From a virus (lineage: Duplodnaviria > Caudoviricetes), in IMG/VR virus record IMGVR_UViG_3300025096_003142, positions 1 to 60,833 of that record: a stretch of 60,833 nt of DNA. One strand, given 5' to 3'. Positions within the stretch are counted from its first letter, which is position 1. Each line of letters opens with the position of its first letter. The translations under genes were made by a program, and so were the position numbers. Below the pieces are notes generated by a model, which did no database searches, was not told the DNA's origin, and worked only from the letters and a program-made list of their open reading frames with translations. Shown here in pieces: positions 1 through 11,163 of the stretch.

Positions 1-36
1 ATCAAAAAATCTTTCTACTTTATATCTTCTGCTCAT
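1..36 (-). CDS. N-terminal fragment of hypothetical protein (MSRRYKVERFFD...), runs off window edge
   Basis: ATG at 34-36 with AT-rich leader; frame open to position 1. Confidence 0.5.
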   Translation of the reverse strand, partial: MSRRYKVERFFD

Positions 37-54
37 AATTAATATATTAAAAAA

Positions 55-124
55 AGTGACTATTCTGAGGTTTTGCTATTGTATCTTCCTACCTGGTAGG
101 TGCAATTGAACTACGCCGGTCACT
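55..124 (-). other. Intergenic structured element (closing stem AGTGAC/GTCACT, inner CCTAC/GTAGG hairpin, U-tract after); terminator or small RNA
   Basis: Inverted repeats at 55-60/119-124 and 88-100; locally GC-rich; A-run at 49-55 reads as a U-tract on the minus strand. Confidence 0.4.
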
Positions 125-149
125 CAACGGTATACGCATTATCATTTTT

Positions 150-347
150 TTATTTTTTATTGTAAGTAAACCATATTTTATTTTCTCCCCAACAATTTCT
201 TTTAACCTTAACGGTATAGTCTTTAAAAGATCTTACTTCATCTGCAAAGTCAACAAATGACATTTGATCTTCTGGATGTGCCTTGTTATTCCATTCTCTC
301 CATTCATCTTTTAACTCATTCTCTAAATTAAATTTCAATTTCTTCAT
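150..347 (-). CDS. hypothetical protein
   Basis: ORF in the co-oriented gene array. Confidence 0.7.
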   Translation of the reverse strand: MKKLKFNLENELKDEWREWNNKAHPEDQMSFVDFADEVRSFKDYTVKVKRNCWGENKIWFTYNKK

Positions 348-357
348 GTCTCTTTTT

Positions 358-552
358 TTATTTAAACTTCTTTAATTGACATTCTGCTAATTTATTTTGC
401 AAACCATCTATTATTTTTTGATGAGATTCTGCGGTAAGACCCCAAATCTTTTTATATTCCGTTTTATTTAAATCGTCAATAGCTTGTATATGCCATTGGA
501 TTGATCTTCTAAGATATTCTATCCCTTCTTTTGTATACACTTTATCAATCAT
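358..552 (-). CDS. hypothetical protein
   Basis: ORF; ATGA overlap with upstream gene. Confidence 0.7.
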   Translation of the reverse strand: MIDKVYTKEGIEYLRRSIQWHIQAIDDLNKTEYKKIWGLTAESHQKIIDGLQNKLAECQLKKFK

Positions 553-851
553 GATGCTACTGGTTTTGAATTGTCATTAACTATGCGATCTACTACCTCT
601 GTGCTTATTGCAAAATGTATTGCTTCACCACAAAAATCACTATATCCTTCAATGTCCATGTCTATGGTACCATCTGGTGTTATTAGATGAACTATTGCTG
701 AGCCGGTAGGCCCAAACTGATCATATTGCCATTCAACAATATTATTGCCATCTAAGTCAATAGTTCCTTTTGCAAATGTTGACTCATGAATATACGTATA
801 CTCATCTCGATTAAATTGCACTTCCGTAATGTCTATCTTGAATTTTTCCAT
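549..851 (-). CDS. hypothetical protein
   Basis: ORF directly downstream of promoter-like motif. Confidence 0.75.
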   Translation of the reverse strand: MEKFKIDITEVQFNRDEYTYIHESTFAKGTIDLDGNNIVEWQYDQFGPTGSAIVHLITPDGTIDMDIEGYSDFCGEAIHFAISTEVVDRIVNDNSKPVAS

Positions 852-864
852 CTCTTTTTTTTAT

Positions 865-895
865 TAATATAAGGATAATATTTCACAAATCCTAA
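865..895 (-). promoter_or_regulatory. Motif A promoter-like element (TTAGGA...CTTATATTA)
   Basis: Recurrent bipartite intergenic motif with fixed spacing. Confidence 0.55.
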
Positions 896-912
896 TTTTT
901 ACGCAACTTTTT

Positions 913-1287
913 TTACTTTATTTTGCGATTAGCTTCTGCAATAATAATTTGATTACATCTTCTCAATTCATCTTTAATGAACCGTTTCATGGTGCGAGTT
1001 GGTTGTGGATACATTTTAGTGCAATTGCTATATTTTAAATGATATTCAAACACAAACTGTTCAGTGGTCATATGATATCGGTCTGGTAGGTACCTGTTAA
1101 CTTCCCGTACGTACATGTAAACTATATTGAAAGGATTATCCATTTTACACACTGTCATGATGTTACGTCTTACGTATGGCTTGTACATACGTACTATGAT
1201 CCTTCTTACTAACTTTCTGCCTAACCAATTAATTGGATGTAACTTTATATTAAAAGATACTCCTTTGAGGATTCTAAATACTATCAT
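913..1287 (-). CDS. hypothetical basic protein
   Basis: 124-aa ORF. Confidence 0.65.
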   Translation of the reverse strand: MIVFRILKGVSFNIKLHPINWLGRKLVRRIIVRMYKPYVRRNIMTVCKMDNPFNIVYMYVREVNRYLPDRYHMTTEQFVFEYHLKYSNCTKMYPQPTRTMKRFIKDELRRCNQIIIAEANRKIK

Positions 1288-1290
1288 ATA

Positions 1291-1776
1291 TTATTCACTG
1301 TAATAAATCTTATTTTTATTTAATGTTTCTCTACATTCTGAAATAAATTTAGTTATGTATATCTCAGCTTTAGTTTTATCATCTATTTTTAATAATTGAA
1401 TTGCATAATATAATGGTCCAGCTTCTGAGTGATAATTAACACTTTCAAAGCTATCATATAGTTTTTGTAAACTTTCTGTTCCCATAGCTACAGATGATTT
1501 GCTTCCAAATTCTAACATTCCATCATAGTCAAAGTCTTTTGACCATGTATCTCCTAGTTTATATGTAGTTGTATTCATTCTTTCTTGTTTGTTTTTAACA
1601 CTTAACTTATATGCCATCATGACATCAATAAACATATCTTGCTCTTCTTTTGTAAAGCTGTCAATCTGTTTATCTAATTTTTCTTTTAAACCTTTCGGAT
1701 ATTCTGCACCATACTCATCAAATACATTGAGAGATAATTGCAAATCCGCTACATCAAATATTTTGTCTAAGTCCAT
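1291..1776 (-). CDS. hypothetical protein (start moved to MDLDK)
   Basis: ATG at 1776 follows an ATATTTATT motif and the stop of the upstream small ORF. Confidence 0.7.
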   Translation of the reverse strand: MDLDKIFDVADLQLSLNVFDEYGAEYPKGLKEKLDKQIDSFTKEEQDMFIDVMMAYKLSVKNKQERMNTTTYKLGDTWSKDFDYDGMLEFGSKSSVAMGTESLQKLYDSFESVNYHSEAGPLYYAIQLLKIDDKTKAEIYITKFISECRETLNKNKIYYSE

Positions 1777-1791
1777 CTTTTCTCTTTTTAT

Positions 1792-1800
1792 AATAAATAT
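1792..1800 (-). promoter_or_regulatory. Motif B variant ATATTTATT
   Basis: Recurrent motif just upstream of a start codon. Confidence 0.4.
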
Positions 1801-1940
1801 CAATCTTTTAATAATTGTCGAGTATCCTTCTTTTTCCTTTTCTTTAAGATATTAAATATCTTGCGTTCTATATTATAATTCAAAATGCCTACTGTAAGTA
1901 TACCTACTAACAAGACTACTATAATTATACAACTTGCCAT
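1800..1940 (-). CDS. small single-TM membrane protein (46 aa, MASCIIIVVLLVGILTVGIL...KKRKKK), absent from ORF track
   Basis: Translated by hand; fills the gap exactly; hydrophobic N-terminus followed by a basic tail. Confidence 0.6.
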   Translation of the reverse strand: MASCIIIVVLLVGILTVGILNYNIERKIFNILKKRKKKDTRQLLKD

Positions 1941-1941
1941 A

Positions 1942-2322
1942 TTATAATCCTATAAACTCTTCTTCTAACTCTAATTCTAACTCTTCAGCTATTTCTTTCA
2001 AACGATAAAATGGAGCATCTTCTAATGTATCTTCAACTTCTTCAGTTACGTCTTTTATTTCAAATCCGCACCCGTAATTGATAATAGTAACTGCTTCTTG
2101 TATCTCTTGCATTGTCTGATTTGCATTTATCCAATCAGAATCATCAAACAACATACCTTGCTGGTCTTCTTCTAAATTATCTAAAAAATCTTTTTCTGCT
2201 TCTTGATATGAGATCTCCCATCTATCTCGAACTTCATTTACAACTGTTTCTTTAACCTCTTCATTGTGAGCATACATTTCTTTGCTCCAAGGCTTTACAA
2301 CTTTAATTCCGTATTTTATCAT
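1942..2322 (-). CDS. hypothetical acidic protein
   Basis: ORF downstream of motif A. Confidence 0.75.
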   Translation of the reverse strand: MIKYGIKVVKPWSKEMYAHNEEVKETVVNEVRDRWEISYQEAEKDFLDNLEEDQQGMLFDDSDWINANQTMQEIQEAVTIINYGCGFEIKDVTEEVEDTLEDAPFYRLKEIAEELELELEEEFIGL

Positions 2323-2342
2323 AACTCTTTCTTTTTATATTT

Positions 2343-2373
2343 TAATAATAAGAAAAAAATATGAAATATCCAA
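2343..2373 (-). promoter_or_regulatory. Motif A promoter-like element TTGGATATTTCATATTTTTTTCTTATTATTA
   Basis: Recurrent bipartite motif. Confidence 0.6.
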
Positions 2374-2375
2374 GT

Positions 2376-2945
2376 TTATTTTAAATTTATATAGATAAAG
2401 TTTACAGGATTTTGATGTTGATCTGTATATGTTATTTCATAATGTAAATGTGGGCCGGTACTTTTTCCTGTGCTACCAACCATTCCTATAGGAAAATGAT
2501 CTGTGATATATGTCCCTTCTGTAACAAAATATTTACTCATATGAGCGTATAATGATTTGTAACCATTCATATGATCAATTATAATACATTTACCATAGCC
2601 ATTATTCCATTCAGCACATTCAATTATTCCAGCTCCTGTGCTGTATATGGTATCTTTAATAGTTCCTTTAAGATCTATGCCTTCATGGTTAGCCCATTTA
2701 TGTGTAATTGGGTCGCGTCTATTTCCGAATTTACTTTTTAATATTGTAAACTTTAAAGGCGAACCTATAGGTAAATGTTTCCATATATATTTTCTAGTAG
2801 AATCTATGTAATGTAATTGTTTATTGATCTTAGTAATGTATTGATTTTGATATTCAATTTGATCATGTAGTTGTTTATTTTCAATTCTAACATGTTGTAT
2901 AATGAGTGTAAGAAATACACATATTGATATTAAAAGTGTTTTCAT
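2376..2945 (-). CDS. M23 family metallopeptidase with N-terminal TM anchor and coiled coil
   Basis: HEGIDL (HxxxD), YAHM, GSTGKSTGPHLHYE (HxH). Confidence 0.92.
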   Translation of the reverse strand: MKTLLISICVFLTLIIQHVRIENKQLHDQIEYQNQYITKINKQLHYIDSTRKYIWKHLPIGSPLKFTILKSKFGNRRDPITHKWANHEGIDLKGTIKDTIYSTGAGIIECAEWNNGYGKCIIIDHMNGYKSLYAHMSKYFVTEGTYITDHFPIGMVGSTGKSTGPHLHYEITYTDQHQNPVNFIYINLK

Positions 2946-3424
2946 TTGTTTCGCATTAAATATTGAGTATGTACTTTTTTAGATACCTCTCCTTTAATCA
3001 TATGCTCATATGGATCATACCACCATACAATAAATGATATATCATCCCAAACTGGTTGTACGAATATAAAGTATTTAACAATAACTTCTTCTACTTCAAG
3101 GCCTAATGTATTTTGTGGTATTGCACATACGTGCCAAAGGGTATCTGGATGTCCGGCGATATGAAATATTTTAGATTCTGAAATTAATTGTCCTCGAACC
3201 CAAAATTGTACTATACTATCTTGTAAATTAAATAAGTATTCTCCAAATGCCTTTTTCTTTTTTAAGAATAATGTACTAGTATCACTTAATGTTTCTACTA
3301 GGCCGTCTGTGTGGTAATTAAAAAATGGTTGATAATCATTTGGAGATACAAATATTCCATGAGGCACTTGTGCTGAATATATATTACATGTTAATAATGT
3401 TATAACAAATAATAATATCTTCAT
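2942..3424 (-). CDS. secreted hypothetical protein
   Basis: Bacteroidota-style signal peptide ending YSA-Q. Confidence 0.7.
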   Translation of the reverse strand: MKILLFVITLLTCNIYSAQVPHGIFVSPNDYQPFFNYHTDGLVETLSDTSTLFLKKKKAFGEYLFNLQDSIVQFWVRGQLISESKIFHIAGHPDTLWHVCAIPQNTLGLEVEEVIVKYFIFVQPVWDDISFIVWWYDPYEHMIKGEVSKKVHTQYLMRNK

Positions 3425-3442
3425 AAGTAGCCTTTGTATATT

Positions 3443-3451
3443 AATAAATAT
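3443..3451 (-). promoter_or_regulatory. Motif B variant ATATTTATT
   Basis: Intergenic, upstream of the start at 3424. Confidence 0.4.
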
Positions 3452-3468
3452 GTCTTACATATATATTA

Positions 3469-5100
<1,632 letters not shown>

Positions 5101-5316
5101 TTACCTATATAATATTACGTGTTCTCCAAAATATTTATCAAATGTCTGAACTAATTCTTCATAGTTTCCAGACGTCATTTGTTCTTTGATCATTTCATCA
5201 TCATAACCAAATTGTCTTGCTAATTTCATAGCTGTTCCAATCAATACAAATGCATTGCCTTCGGGTCCTGTTAGATCCATTTCGATCTGAGATTGTTTAG
5301 ATTTTTTCTTTATCAT
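5101..5316 (-). CDS. small phage protein (GPEGNAF motif)
   Basis: DLTGPEGNAFVLIG...SGNYEEL pattern I recognise from phage ORFs; function unknown. Confidence 0.7.
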   Translation of the reverse strand: MIKKKSKQSQIEMDLTGPEGNAFVLIGTAMKLARQFGYDDEMIKEQMTSGNYEELVQTFDKYFGEHVILYR

Positions 5317-5536
5317 TTTGTTTAACTTTAATTTCTATTATAGTTTTTATTCCAGAGTCTTTCATAATGTTATTAAGAATTACCCATTTATGTCTCATTT
5401 CGGCAGCAAAAGTTGATTCTGCTCCATATGTATTAACCATTTCCATATATTCATTCCAAAGATCATTTTCTTTTTCTCTAATGGTATAAATTAGATTTTC
5501 AATTTTTGTTTGACTACGATTTAATAGATTTAGCAT
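5297..5536 (-). CDS. hypothetical protein
   Basis: ORF. Confidence 0.65.
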   Translation of the reverse strand: MLNLLNRSQTKIENLIYTIREKENDLWNEYMEMVNTYGAESTFAAEMRHKWVILNNIMKDSGIKTIIEIKVKQNDKEKI

Positions 5537-5543
5537 AATTTTA

Positions 5544-5834
5544 TTATTTTATTTCTTTATATATTATTTCATGAATTTTAACATTACAACATGAATCTTT
5601 TTGTATTTCTTGAAAAATGTAATACAATTGTTTATTTTCTTTTTCAATTAAAATATTTTTATTTGTTAATGTCCGGACTTCTGAGTCAAGTTCTATAACT
5701 CTATGAAACATTCCAATACATTCTTGTTCACATTTGTATTCTACCCAATGCCCTATTAATATAGTAGCCACACACACCACACATAATAGTGCCATTGTAA
5801 CTTTAAGTATTGTCCAACCTTTCTTTCTTGTCAT
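5544..5834 (-). CDS. membrane-anchored coiled-coil protein
   Basis: N-terminal TM followed by a heptad-like segment. Confidence 0.65.
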   Translation of the reverse strand: MTRKKGWTILKVTMALLCVVCVATILIGHWVEYKCEQECIGMFHRVIELDSEVRTLTNKNILIEKENKQLYYIFQEIQKDSCCNVKIHEIIYKEIK

Positions 5835-6045
5835 ATTCTATTTCTTCTATAACTTCTGCCTCTTCAATAGTCTGAACAAACATAATATGAGTCTCTGTTC
5901 TTAACACATGATCAACATGCATTATACCTGACACCCAATATCTAACTTTTTCTTTATTTATGTTGCCATTCTGATCTACGAAGTTATGAATTGGTTCTGA
6001 TCTTCGTAGATCATAATATTGGCCGTTATTCTTATATAAATTCAA
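5803..6045 (-). CDS. hypothetical protein
   Basis: ORF overlapping the VWA gene stop. Confidence 0.65.
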   Translation of the reverse strand: MNLYKNNGQYYDLRRSEPIHNFVDQNGNINKEKVRYWVSGIMHVDHVLRTETHIMFVQTIEEAEVIEEIEYDKKERLDNT

Positions 6046-8024
6046 GATACATCCTCCATTTCTAAAAACTTTTCATTTAATGTCTTTGATACCTCTGTCA
6101 TATTCAATGGATTGATAAACTTTGCGCCTTCTCCATACATTGTGGTAAATGTTGCTTTACTCCAGCTAGATTCATATTCACATATAAAATAACTTAGTAT
6201 ATGAATACCTTGCTCTCTAAATCCATTGATGACTTTCTTAGTATAAATCTCTGGATCGTAATTAAAGTCTGCAACTCTGCTTGGTCCTCCGTCTGAGTAA
6301 TTAACAAATATACATTCGGCTCCCTTTGCGTCTTTTATTATATCTTGCTCGATGCTTTTAAAAGCTACTCCTTCTGGAGTGCAACCAAATGTGGTTAAGA
6401 ATTTAAAATATCTCTTAATATGAGACATCTTGTCATGAGCTGAATCATAAACATACATTGTTATGCAATTATCACTATGTCTACTACCTCCTATAGATGA
6501 TGTACCTCTTAAAGATATTTGTACTCGTATACCAGATGTCATTGATGCTGCTTGAGCTACTGCAACGGCTGATTTTAAAGCATTTACAAATCGATTACCA
6601 TTCATTGATCCTGATGCATCAATTGATATATGTATCATATAATCTTTATATTTGTCGGTAACTATTCGGTGAAATACATTAGTATTACCAAATCCTAACT
6701 GAGATAATAAACGTTTATCTATCTTACCAGTCTTAAGTCTTGTGGATTTCAATGTTCTATCAGTGTTTCTAACTTGTAACTTTCTGCCTAATTGTTTGCC
6801 TAATATAATTCCGCTGATTATCGCGCGTTGATGAAAATCATTTATTCTTTCAGATCTAAACTCATTTGCAGTTCCGTTTATATAGTCTATTGAACCATAT
6901 ATAAATAAATCATCCAAACTACAAATAACTTGATCATTAATTTTCTTTATAACGGTAGCTCGTGTCGATCTCATATCGCCACCATATTGACATTTATCTA
7001 TTTCAACTTCTCGGCTTTCGGTACCAGACTCTTCTAAGGCTTTAACTATTTTGCCTTGAGACTTTGACAATCGGCCGGTCTTTTTAGCATCACCTTCAAG
7101 AAATTCTTTCTGCTGACGGATTGCTTTGTCTAATAAATGCTTTTGTCTTTCAGACATTCCATTAACATCAGGAGTAGGTGTTTTTTCTTCATCATTTTCA
7201 TCGTTATTATCGCCTTCACCTCTTCCGGAACAATTAGAACGATCATCTTGATCTTCCTCACATTGATCATCTTGATCTGAGTCTTCTTTTTCCTCTGGTA
7301 AACCTTCTTTAATAACTTTATATACATCGCATGCCAATCTTCCAGCATCAATAGTAGTCTTAAGTCTACCAATATTTTTAAGATCAATTATGTTCCATAT
7401 TTTTCTTAAATTTTCTAATGAATCTAACTGTCTATTGATATTAGTAAAATTAATAATATGAAACATATAGTCATCCATAGTTTCAGATGTCTTGTTGCCT
7501 TCACGCAATGCTTTATCAATAACTCTGCTATTGAAATATTTATCATACATTGCTTGATAATATACTCTGTAGCCAGGAGCTTTTTTGTATATTAAAAGAT
7601 CAATTCTTCTGTCTTCAATCCAATTTAATAGACTTTTGACTTCATTAAATTCTTCATATGTCATCTCCATTAGCGGATCTAATCCTTGCATTCTAACAAA
7701 ACTTTCCCAATCAGATTGTCTAATTAAATCAAAGTCTGTGTATGCAATATGAGAGCCTTCATGTAATGCTAATCCAACTGCAGGATCAAAATTCTTATCT
7801 TCAATCTTAGTTCCTATTACAACAGACTTACCATCTGTGTAACTATCATATCCTTGAAATGTAACTGGAATTTGTTCGCCGGTAACTATATTAACAAAGT
7901 TACTGATTGCTCGTCTAGCGGATGCTAACTTAGTAAGGTCTACTTTAGAAGATCCTTCTCTTTTAGATAAGTCAAAGTCATTGCCTAACCAAAATGAAGA
8001 ACCATAATTACTTGTAAAATTCAT
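6042..8024 (-). CDS. VWA (MIDAS) domain protein with N-terminal HExxH metallopeptidase-like domain and acidic linker; CobT-like partner of MoxR ATPase
   Basis: LALHEGSHI, NWIEDRRID, acidic linker, IDASGSM (DxSxS), TPEG, SDGGP. Confidence 0.88.
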   Translation of the reverse strand: MNFTSNYGSSFWLGNDFDLSKREGSSKVDLTKLASARRAISNFVNIVTGEQIPVTFQGYDSYTDGKSVVIGTKIEDKNFDPAVGLALHEGSHIAYTDFDLIRQSDWESFVRMQGLDPLMEMTYEEFNEVKSLLNWIEDRRIDLLIYKKAPGYRVYYQAMYDKYFNSRVIDKALREGNKTSETMDDYMFHIINFTNINRQLDSLENLRKIWNIIDLKNIGRLKTTIDAGRLACDVYKVIKEGLPEEKEDSDQDDQCEEDQDDRSNCSGRGEGDNNDENDEEKTPTPDVNGMSERQKHLLDKAIRQQKEFLEGDAKKTGRLSKSQGKIVKALEESGTESREVEIDKCQYGGDMRSTRATVIKKINDQVICSLDDLFIYGSIDYINGTANEFRSERINDFHQRAIISGIILGKQLGRKLQVRNTDRTLKSTRLKTGKIDKRLLSQLGFGNTNVFHRIVTDKYKDYMIHISIDASGSMNGNRFVNALKSAVAVAQAASMTSGIRVQISLRGTSSIGGSRHSDNCITMYVYDSAHDKMSHIKRYFKFLTTFGCTPEGVAFKSIEQDIIKDAKGAECIFVNYSDGGPSRVADFNYDPEIYTKKVINGFREQGIHILSYFICEYESSWSKATFTTMYGEGAKFINPLNMTEVSKTLNEKFLEMEDVS

Positions 8025-8049
8025 ATTCTCTTTTTTATTTATTTATTTA

Positions 8050-8079
8050 TAATATAAGGAAAAAATCAGTAATATCCAA
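8050..8079 (-). promoter_or_regulatory. Motif A promoter-like element TTGGATATTACTGATTTTTTCCTTATATTA
   Basis: Recurrent bipartite motif upstream of the VWA gene. Confidence 0.6.
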
Positions 8080-8101
8080 CCAATACACTAACTTTTTTTT
8101 T

Positions 8102-8156
8102 AAAAAGATAAGGGTTACTCGTGCTTCCTAGTACTAGGTGTCTTTCACCCCTATCT
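8102..8156 (-). terminator. Long hairpin + U-tract after the AAA+ gene (terminator or structured RNA)
   Basis: AGAUAGGGGU/ACCCUUAUCU 10-bp stem (one G-U on minus strand), inner CCUAG/CUAGG palindrome, UUUU follows. Confidence 0.55.
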
Positions 8157-8174
8157 GAGCTATGAAAAAACTCT

Positions 8175-9311
8175 TTATGCATTAACTTCTTCTTCTACAG
8201 TTTCTGCATTAAATATATCTTCTTCTTTTGAATCCATATGCTTTTGAATAATCTGCTTAACAAATACTCTTTCTGAGTCTGCACCTCCTGATCCATCAAA
8301 GAATGGAATAATTGCAACCTCTGATGCTTCTTGCAAAGTAAATCCATCTGCCAATAATTCACATATTCTAACTGTCATACGAGTAGACACCATAGTTGAC
8401 AACTTGCCTTCTTCCGATCTCCATTCCTTTCTGGTACAGTCTGCAATGTCTGCTACTGCTGCAATAAGATTTGCTTCAATCTTTTTGCCAAATCTTTTTT
8501 CTAATAATGAAGTCTCTTGCTCTAAAGAAAGAATATCAACTTCAATAATCTCAAAACGATCCATCAATGCTCTGTCTAATACTCTAGTACTAGTATACTC
8601 TGTACCAATATTAGCAGTTGCTATAAACGATACACCTTGAGCAACTTTAATAACGGGAGCATTAAGATCTTCATCTAATCTCAAGTAACGCTGTCCTTCA
8701 TCTAATACAGTCATTAATATATTCCATGCTTCTGGATGCGCTCTAGATAATTCATCTAATAATATTATTGCATTCTCTGTCTGGATAGCCTTGACGAATG
8801 CTGACTCATTGAACATTGTCTCATTGTTCTTAAAATGCGTGTTACCAATCAAAGTAGCTCTAGGATCTTGTGTGCTACCTAAGTTAAAATAAAAGAATGG
8901 ACGCTTAATTGCGTTAGGCAAACATTTTGCTGCTTGTGTCTTACCACAACCTGCTGGTCCAACCATCATAATATTTTTACCTCGAGCAACTGATCTAATT
9001 AAATACTTCCATTTAATATCAGATATCTCTAACTCGGTAGGCTTAATATTATTAGAATTTTTAATTAATTGAATAACTGGATCTGCATCTATTGCTGCAG
9101 TATCGACGGTTTGTTCAACAATGATATCCGTTGGGTTTATTCTAGATGCCCTACCAGTATCTTTATCAAACTTCAATGCTTGACCATTGTCAAATGCAAT
9201 GTCTATAATACTAGTTCTAAATAACTTTGTGATGTTTTTGTTTGATGATGCGTCTCTTACGATCAACCTTCCATTATTTTTGGTAATGGTACCAAATACT
9301 ATTTTTTTCAT
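8175..9311 (-). CDS. MoxR/CbbQ/CobS-like AAA+ ATPase
   Basis: Walker A GPAGCGKT, Walker B ILLDELSRA, ATAN, LDRALMDRF, STR. Confidence 0.93.
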   Translation of the reverse strand: MKKIVFGTITKNNGRLIVRDASSNKNITKLFRTSIIDIAFDNGQALKFDKDTGRASRINPTDIIVEQTVDTAAIDADPVIQLIKNSNNIKPTELEISDIKWKYLIRSVARGKNIMMVGPAGCGKTQAAKCLPNAIKRPFFYFNLGSTQDPRATLIGNTHFKNNETMFNESAFVKAIQTENAIILLDELSRAHPEAWNILMTVLDEGQRYLRLDEDLNAPVIKVAQGVSFIATANIGTEYTSTRVLDRALMDRFEIIEVDILSLEQETSLLEKRFGKKIEANLIAAVADIADCTRKEWRSEEGKLSTMVSTRMTVRICELLADGFTLQEASEVAIIPFFDGSGGADSERVFVKQIIQKHMDSKEEDIFNAETVEEEVNA

Positions 9312-9335
9312 AACTCTTTATTTTTTATATATTTA

Positions 9336-9365
9336 TAATATAAGCAAAATAAATCGTAAATCCAA
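9336..9365 (-). promoter_or_regulatory. Motif A promoter-like element TTGGATTTACGATTTATTTTGCTTATATTA
   Basis: Recurrent bipartite motif upstream of the AAA+ gene. Confidence 0.6.
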
Positions 9366-9388
9366 ATTTTTAGTAAACTTTTTTTTTA

Positions 9389-9973
9389 TTAATCTTTAGC
9401 TTTTCTCCATTCACCAGTTCCTGGATCTTTAAATTGAAGATCTCCTCCTGTGACAACTCCTTTTCTTCCTCCTGATTGTATTTTACTCCCAGGAAAAAAT
9501 ACTTGTATTATAAAATTATCTACCATAAAATCCGGAGCTTGTTTTTTTCCTAATACAAAATAAACATAAGGATCTCCGCCGTCTCCATCGTCTGTTATTT
9601 TACCTCTAACAAGTTCGTTTGCTATAAGAGCTTTACCTGTAGAACTATCTACATCCACATATCCCATGTTTTTATCGTAATCGTTTGAAATTCCAAAATC
9701 TAGTGTTAATTCTTCATCGCGTTTAAATAATTTAGGTGATGTAGTATGTTTATATGTCGACAGTGCTCTTTTTTTGCTGATTTCTTTCATCGTTCCGCTA
9801 ATATGTTTTGTATTTGAGTCTGTTAACATATACCCTCTATCATTTTTAGATATTCGGCTTTTAATTACATCTCTAAAAACATAAAAGTCCACTAGATCTT
9901 CTGCTTGTGGTGCTTCATTTAGATTCTTGGTTCTGAATCTTCTCATGTTCTCTGCTAAAATATTTCGTTTCAT
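9389..9973 (-). CDS. hypothetical protein with LAE/LNE N-terminal leader (putative head cargo)
   Basis: MKRNILAENMRRFRTKNLNE. Confidence 0.7.
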   Translation of the reverse strand: MKRNILAENMRRFRTKNLNEAPQAEDLVDFYVFRDVIKSRISKNDRGYMLTDSNTKHISGTMKEISKKRALSTYKHTTSPKLFKRDEELTLDFGISNDYDKNMGYVDVDSSTGKALIANELVRGKITDDGDGGDPYVYFVLGKKQAPDFMVDNFIIQVFFPGSKIQSGGRKGVVTGGDLQFKDPGTGEWRKAKD

Positions 9974-9990
9974 TTTATTCCTAAACTTTT

Positions 9991-10548
9991 TTATCGTCTA
10001 ATAGGATCTTTATCAGTTTGTATCGTACTCCCATTAAAGTTAAGTATGACTTTTAATAAACCGCCATCAATATTACTATTGACAACAATTTTTTCTTTCG
10101 TAAGTTTTTTTAATTTAAAATTTGATAGATCATCATCAAGACTAATGAATTCGTCTGGAGGAAATCGCATTTTAACACCGCTATCTAGTTTTGTCAATCC
10201 GTACTTATCGCTATGCTCATAATCAAAACCTGGTATCTTTTTATACATTCCACCTCTTGCACCTTCACCTTTTTGAAATATTTTTACAGACTTAACAACT
10301 AATGGGGGTGAATCAGGAAAATTAACGTTTGTTATAGTTAAATTAATGAATTCGTTTGCATCGAACATTACTTTTCTCATATCAACCTCTAGCACGTCAG
10401 ATGATGTAGCCATTGAGCCCATTGCAAGTTCTGTGCCGTTACCATCAGTTACTGATACAATTAGATCTGATGTATTAACATTTATATCTGCTAATGATTT
10501 TTCAGTTATGTTTGATTGTTCTATTAATAATTTTTTTAAACGTATCAT
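9991..10548 (-). CDS. hypothetical protein with MIxLKxLLxE leader (putative head cargo)
   Basis: MIRLKKLLIEQ. Confidence 0.75.
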   Translation of the reverse strand: MIRLKKLLIEQSNITEKSLADINVNTSDLIVSVTDGNGTELAMGSMATSSDVLEVDMRKVMFDANEFINLTITNVNFPDSPPLVVKSVKIFQKGEGARGGMYKKIPGFDYEHSDKYGLTKLDSGVKMRFPPDEFISLDDDLSNFKLKKLTKEKIVVNSNIDGGLLKVILNFNGSTIQTDKDPIRR

Positions 10549-10569
10549 TTTATTCCTAAACTATTTTAA

Positions 10570-10578
10570 TATAAATAT
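10570..10578 (-). promoter_or_regulatory. Motif B ATATTTATA (putative late promoter)
   Basis: Intergenic, 21 nt upstream of ATG. Confidence 0.5.
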
Positions 10579-10587
10579 AAAGTAAAT

Positions 10588-11163
10588 CTATTTAATTAGT
10601 GTAACATGGCCGTGAGCTCTATACTTGTCTGAAGAGTCTTGTAAATTAAACTTCATCATCCATATATATACTCCTTCTGCACATTGTTTGTTGTTATAGG
10701 TTCCGTCCCACCTAGCAGAAGCGTCATACGATTCCCATATTATATTGCCCCAACGATTAAACACAATCATATGAAAGTTATGAGGATCATAACCTGCAGT
10801 AAACACCGCTCCCCATATTTCATTATCTGCATCACCATCTGGAGTAAATGTATTAGGAACCCAATAAACTAAATCAGTACACTTAGTAACTGTTATAGTA
10901 TAATTAACTGGAGGACTAACACACCCACTATCATATCTAATTGCTTCTAAAATATATGTTCCGGAGTCTGACCATGTCAATGTTATTTCATTACCTGTAT
11001 ATGTTTCAGTAACTCCTGGTCCTGTTAATGTCCAATCTGTAGTTGTTCCTCCGCTATATGGTGCCCAATAAGAAAAGGTTTGAGTTTGTCCACATATATC
11101 TACTACTTGTTGAGCATAAGACCAACTAGAAATAAATAGTAATATGTATATGATCTTTTTCAT
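10588..11163 (-). CDS. Secreted protein with Ig/PKD-like domain and gliding-motility-associated (T9SS type B) C-terminal domain
   Basis: Signal peptide; WVPNTFTPDGDADNE, FNRWG, WDGTY, EGVY, GHVTLIK. Confidence 0.9.
   Translation of the reverse strand: MKKIIYILLFISSWSYAQQVVDICGQTQTFSYWAPYSGGTTTDWTLTGPGVTETYTGNEITLTWSDSGTYILEAIRYDSGCVSPPVNYTITVTKCTDLVYWVPNTFTPDGDADNEIWGAVFTAGYDPHNFHMIVFNRWGNIIWESYDASARWDGTYNNKQCAEGVYIWMMKFNLQDSSDKYRAHGHVTLIK

Noticed and set aside
6042-9311. Cobalamin cobaltochelatase CobST function
   Set aside because: No cobN or other cobalamin genes; a generic MoxR-VWA chaperone pair is the safer call
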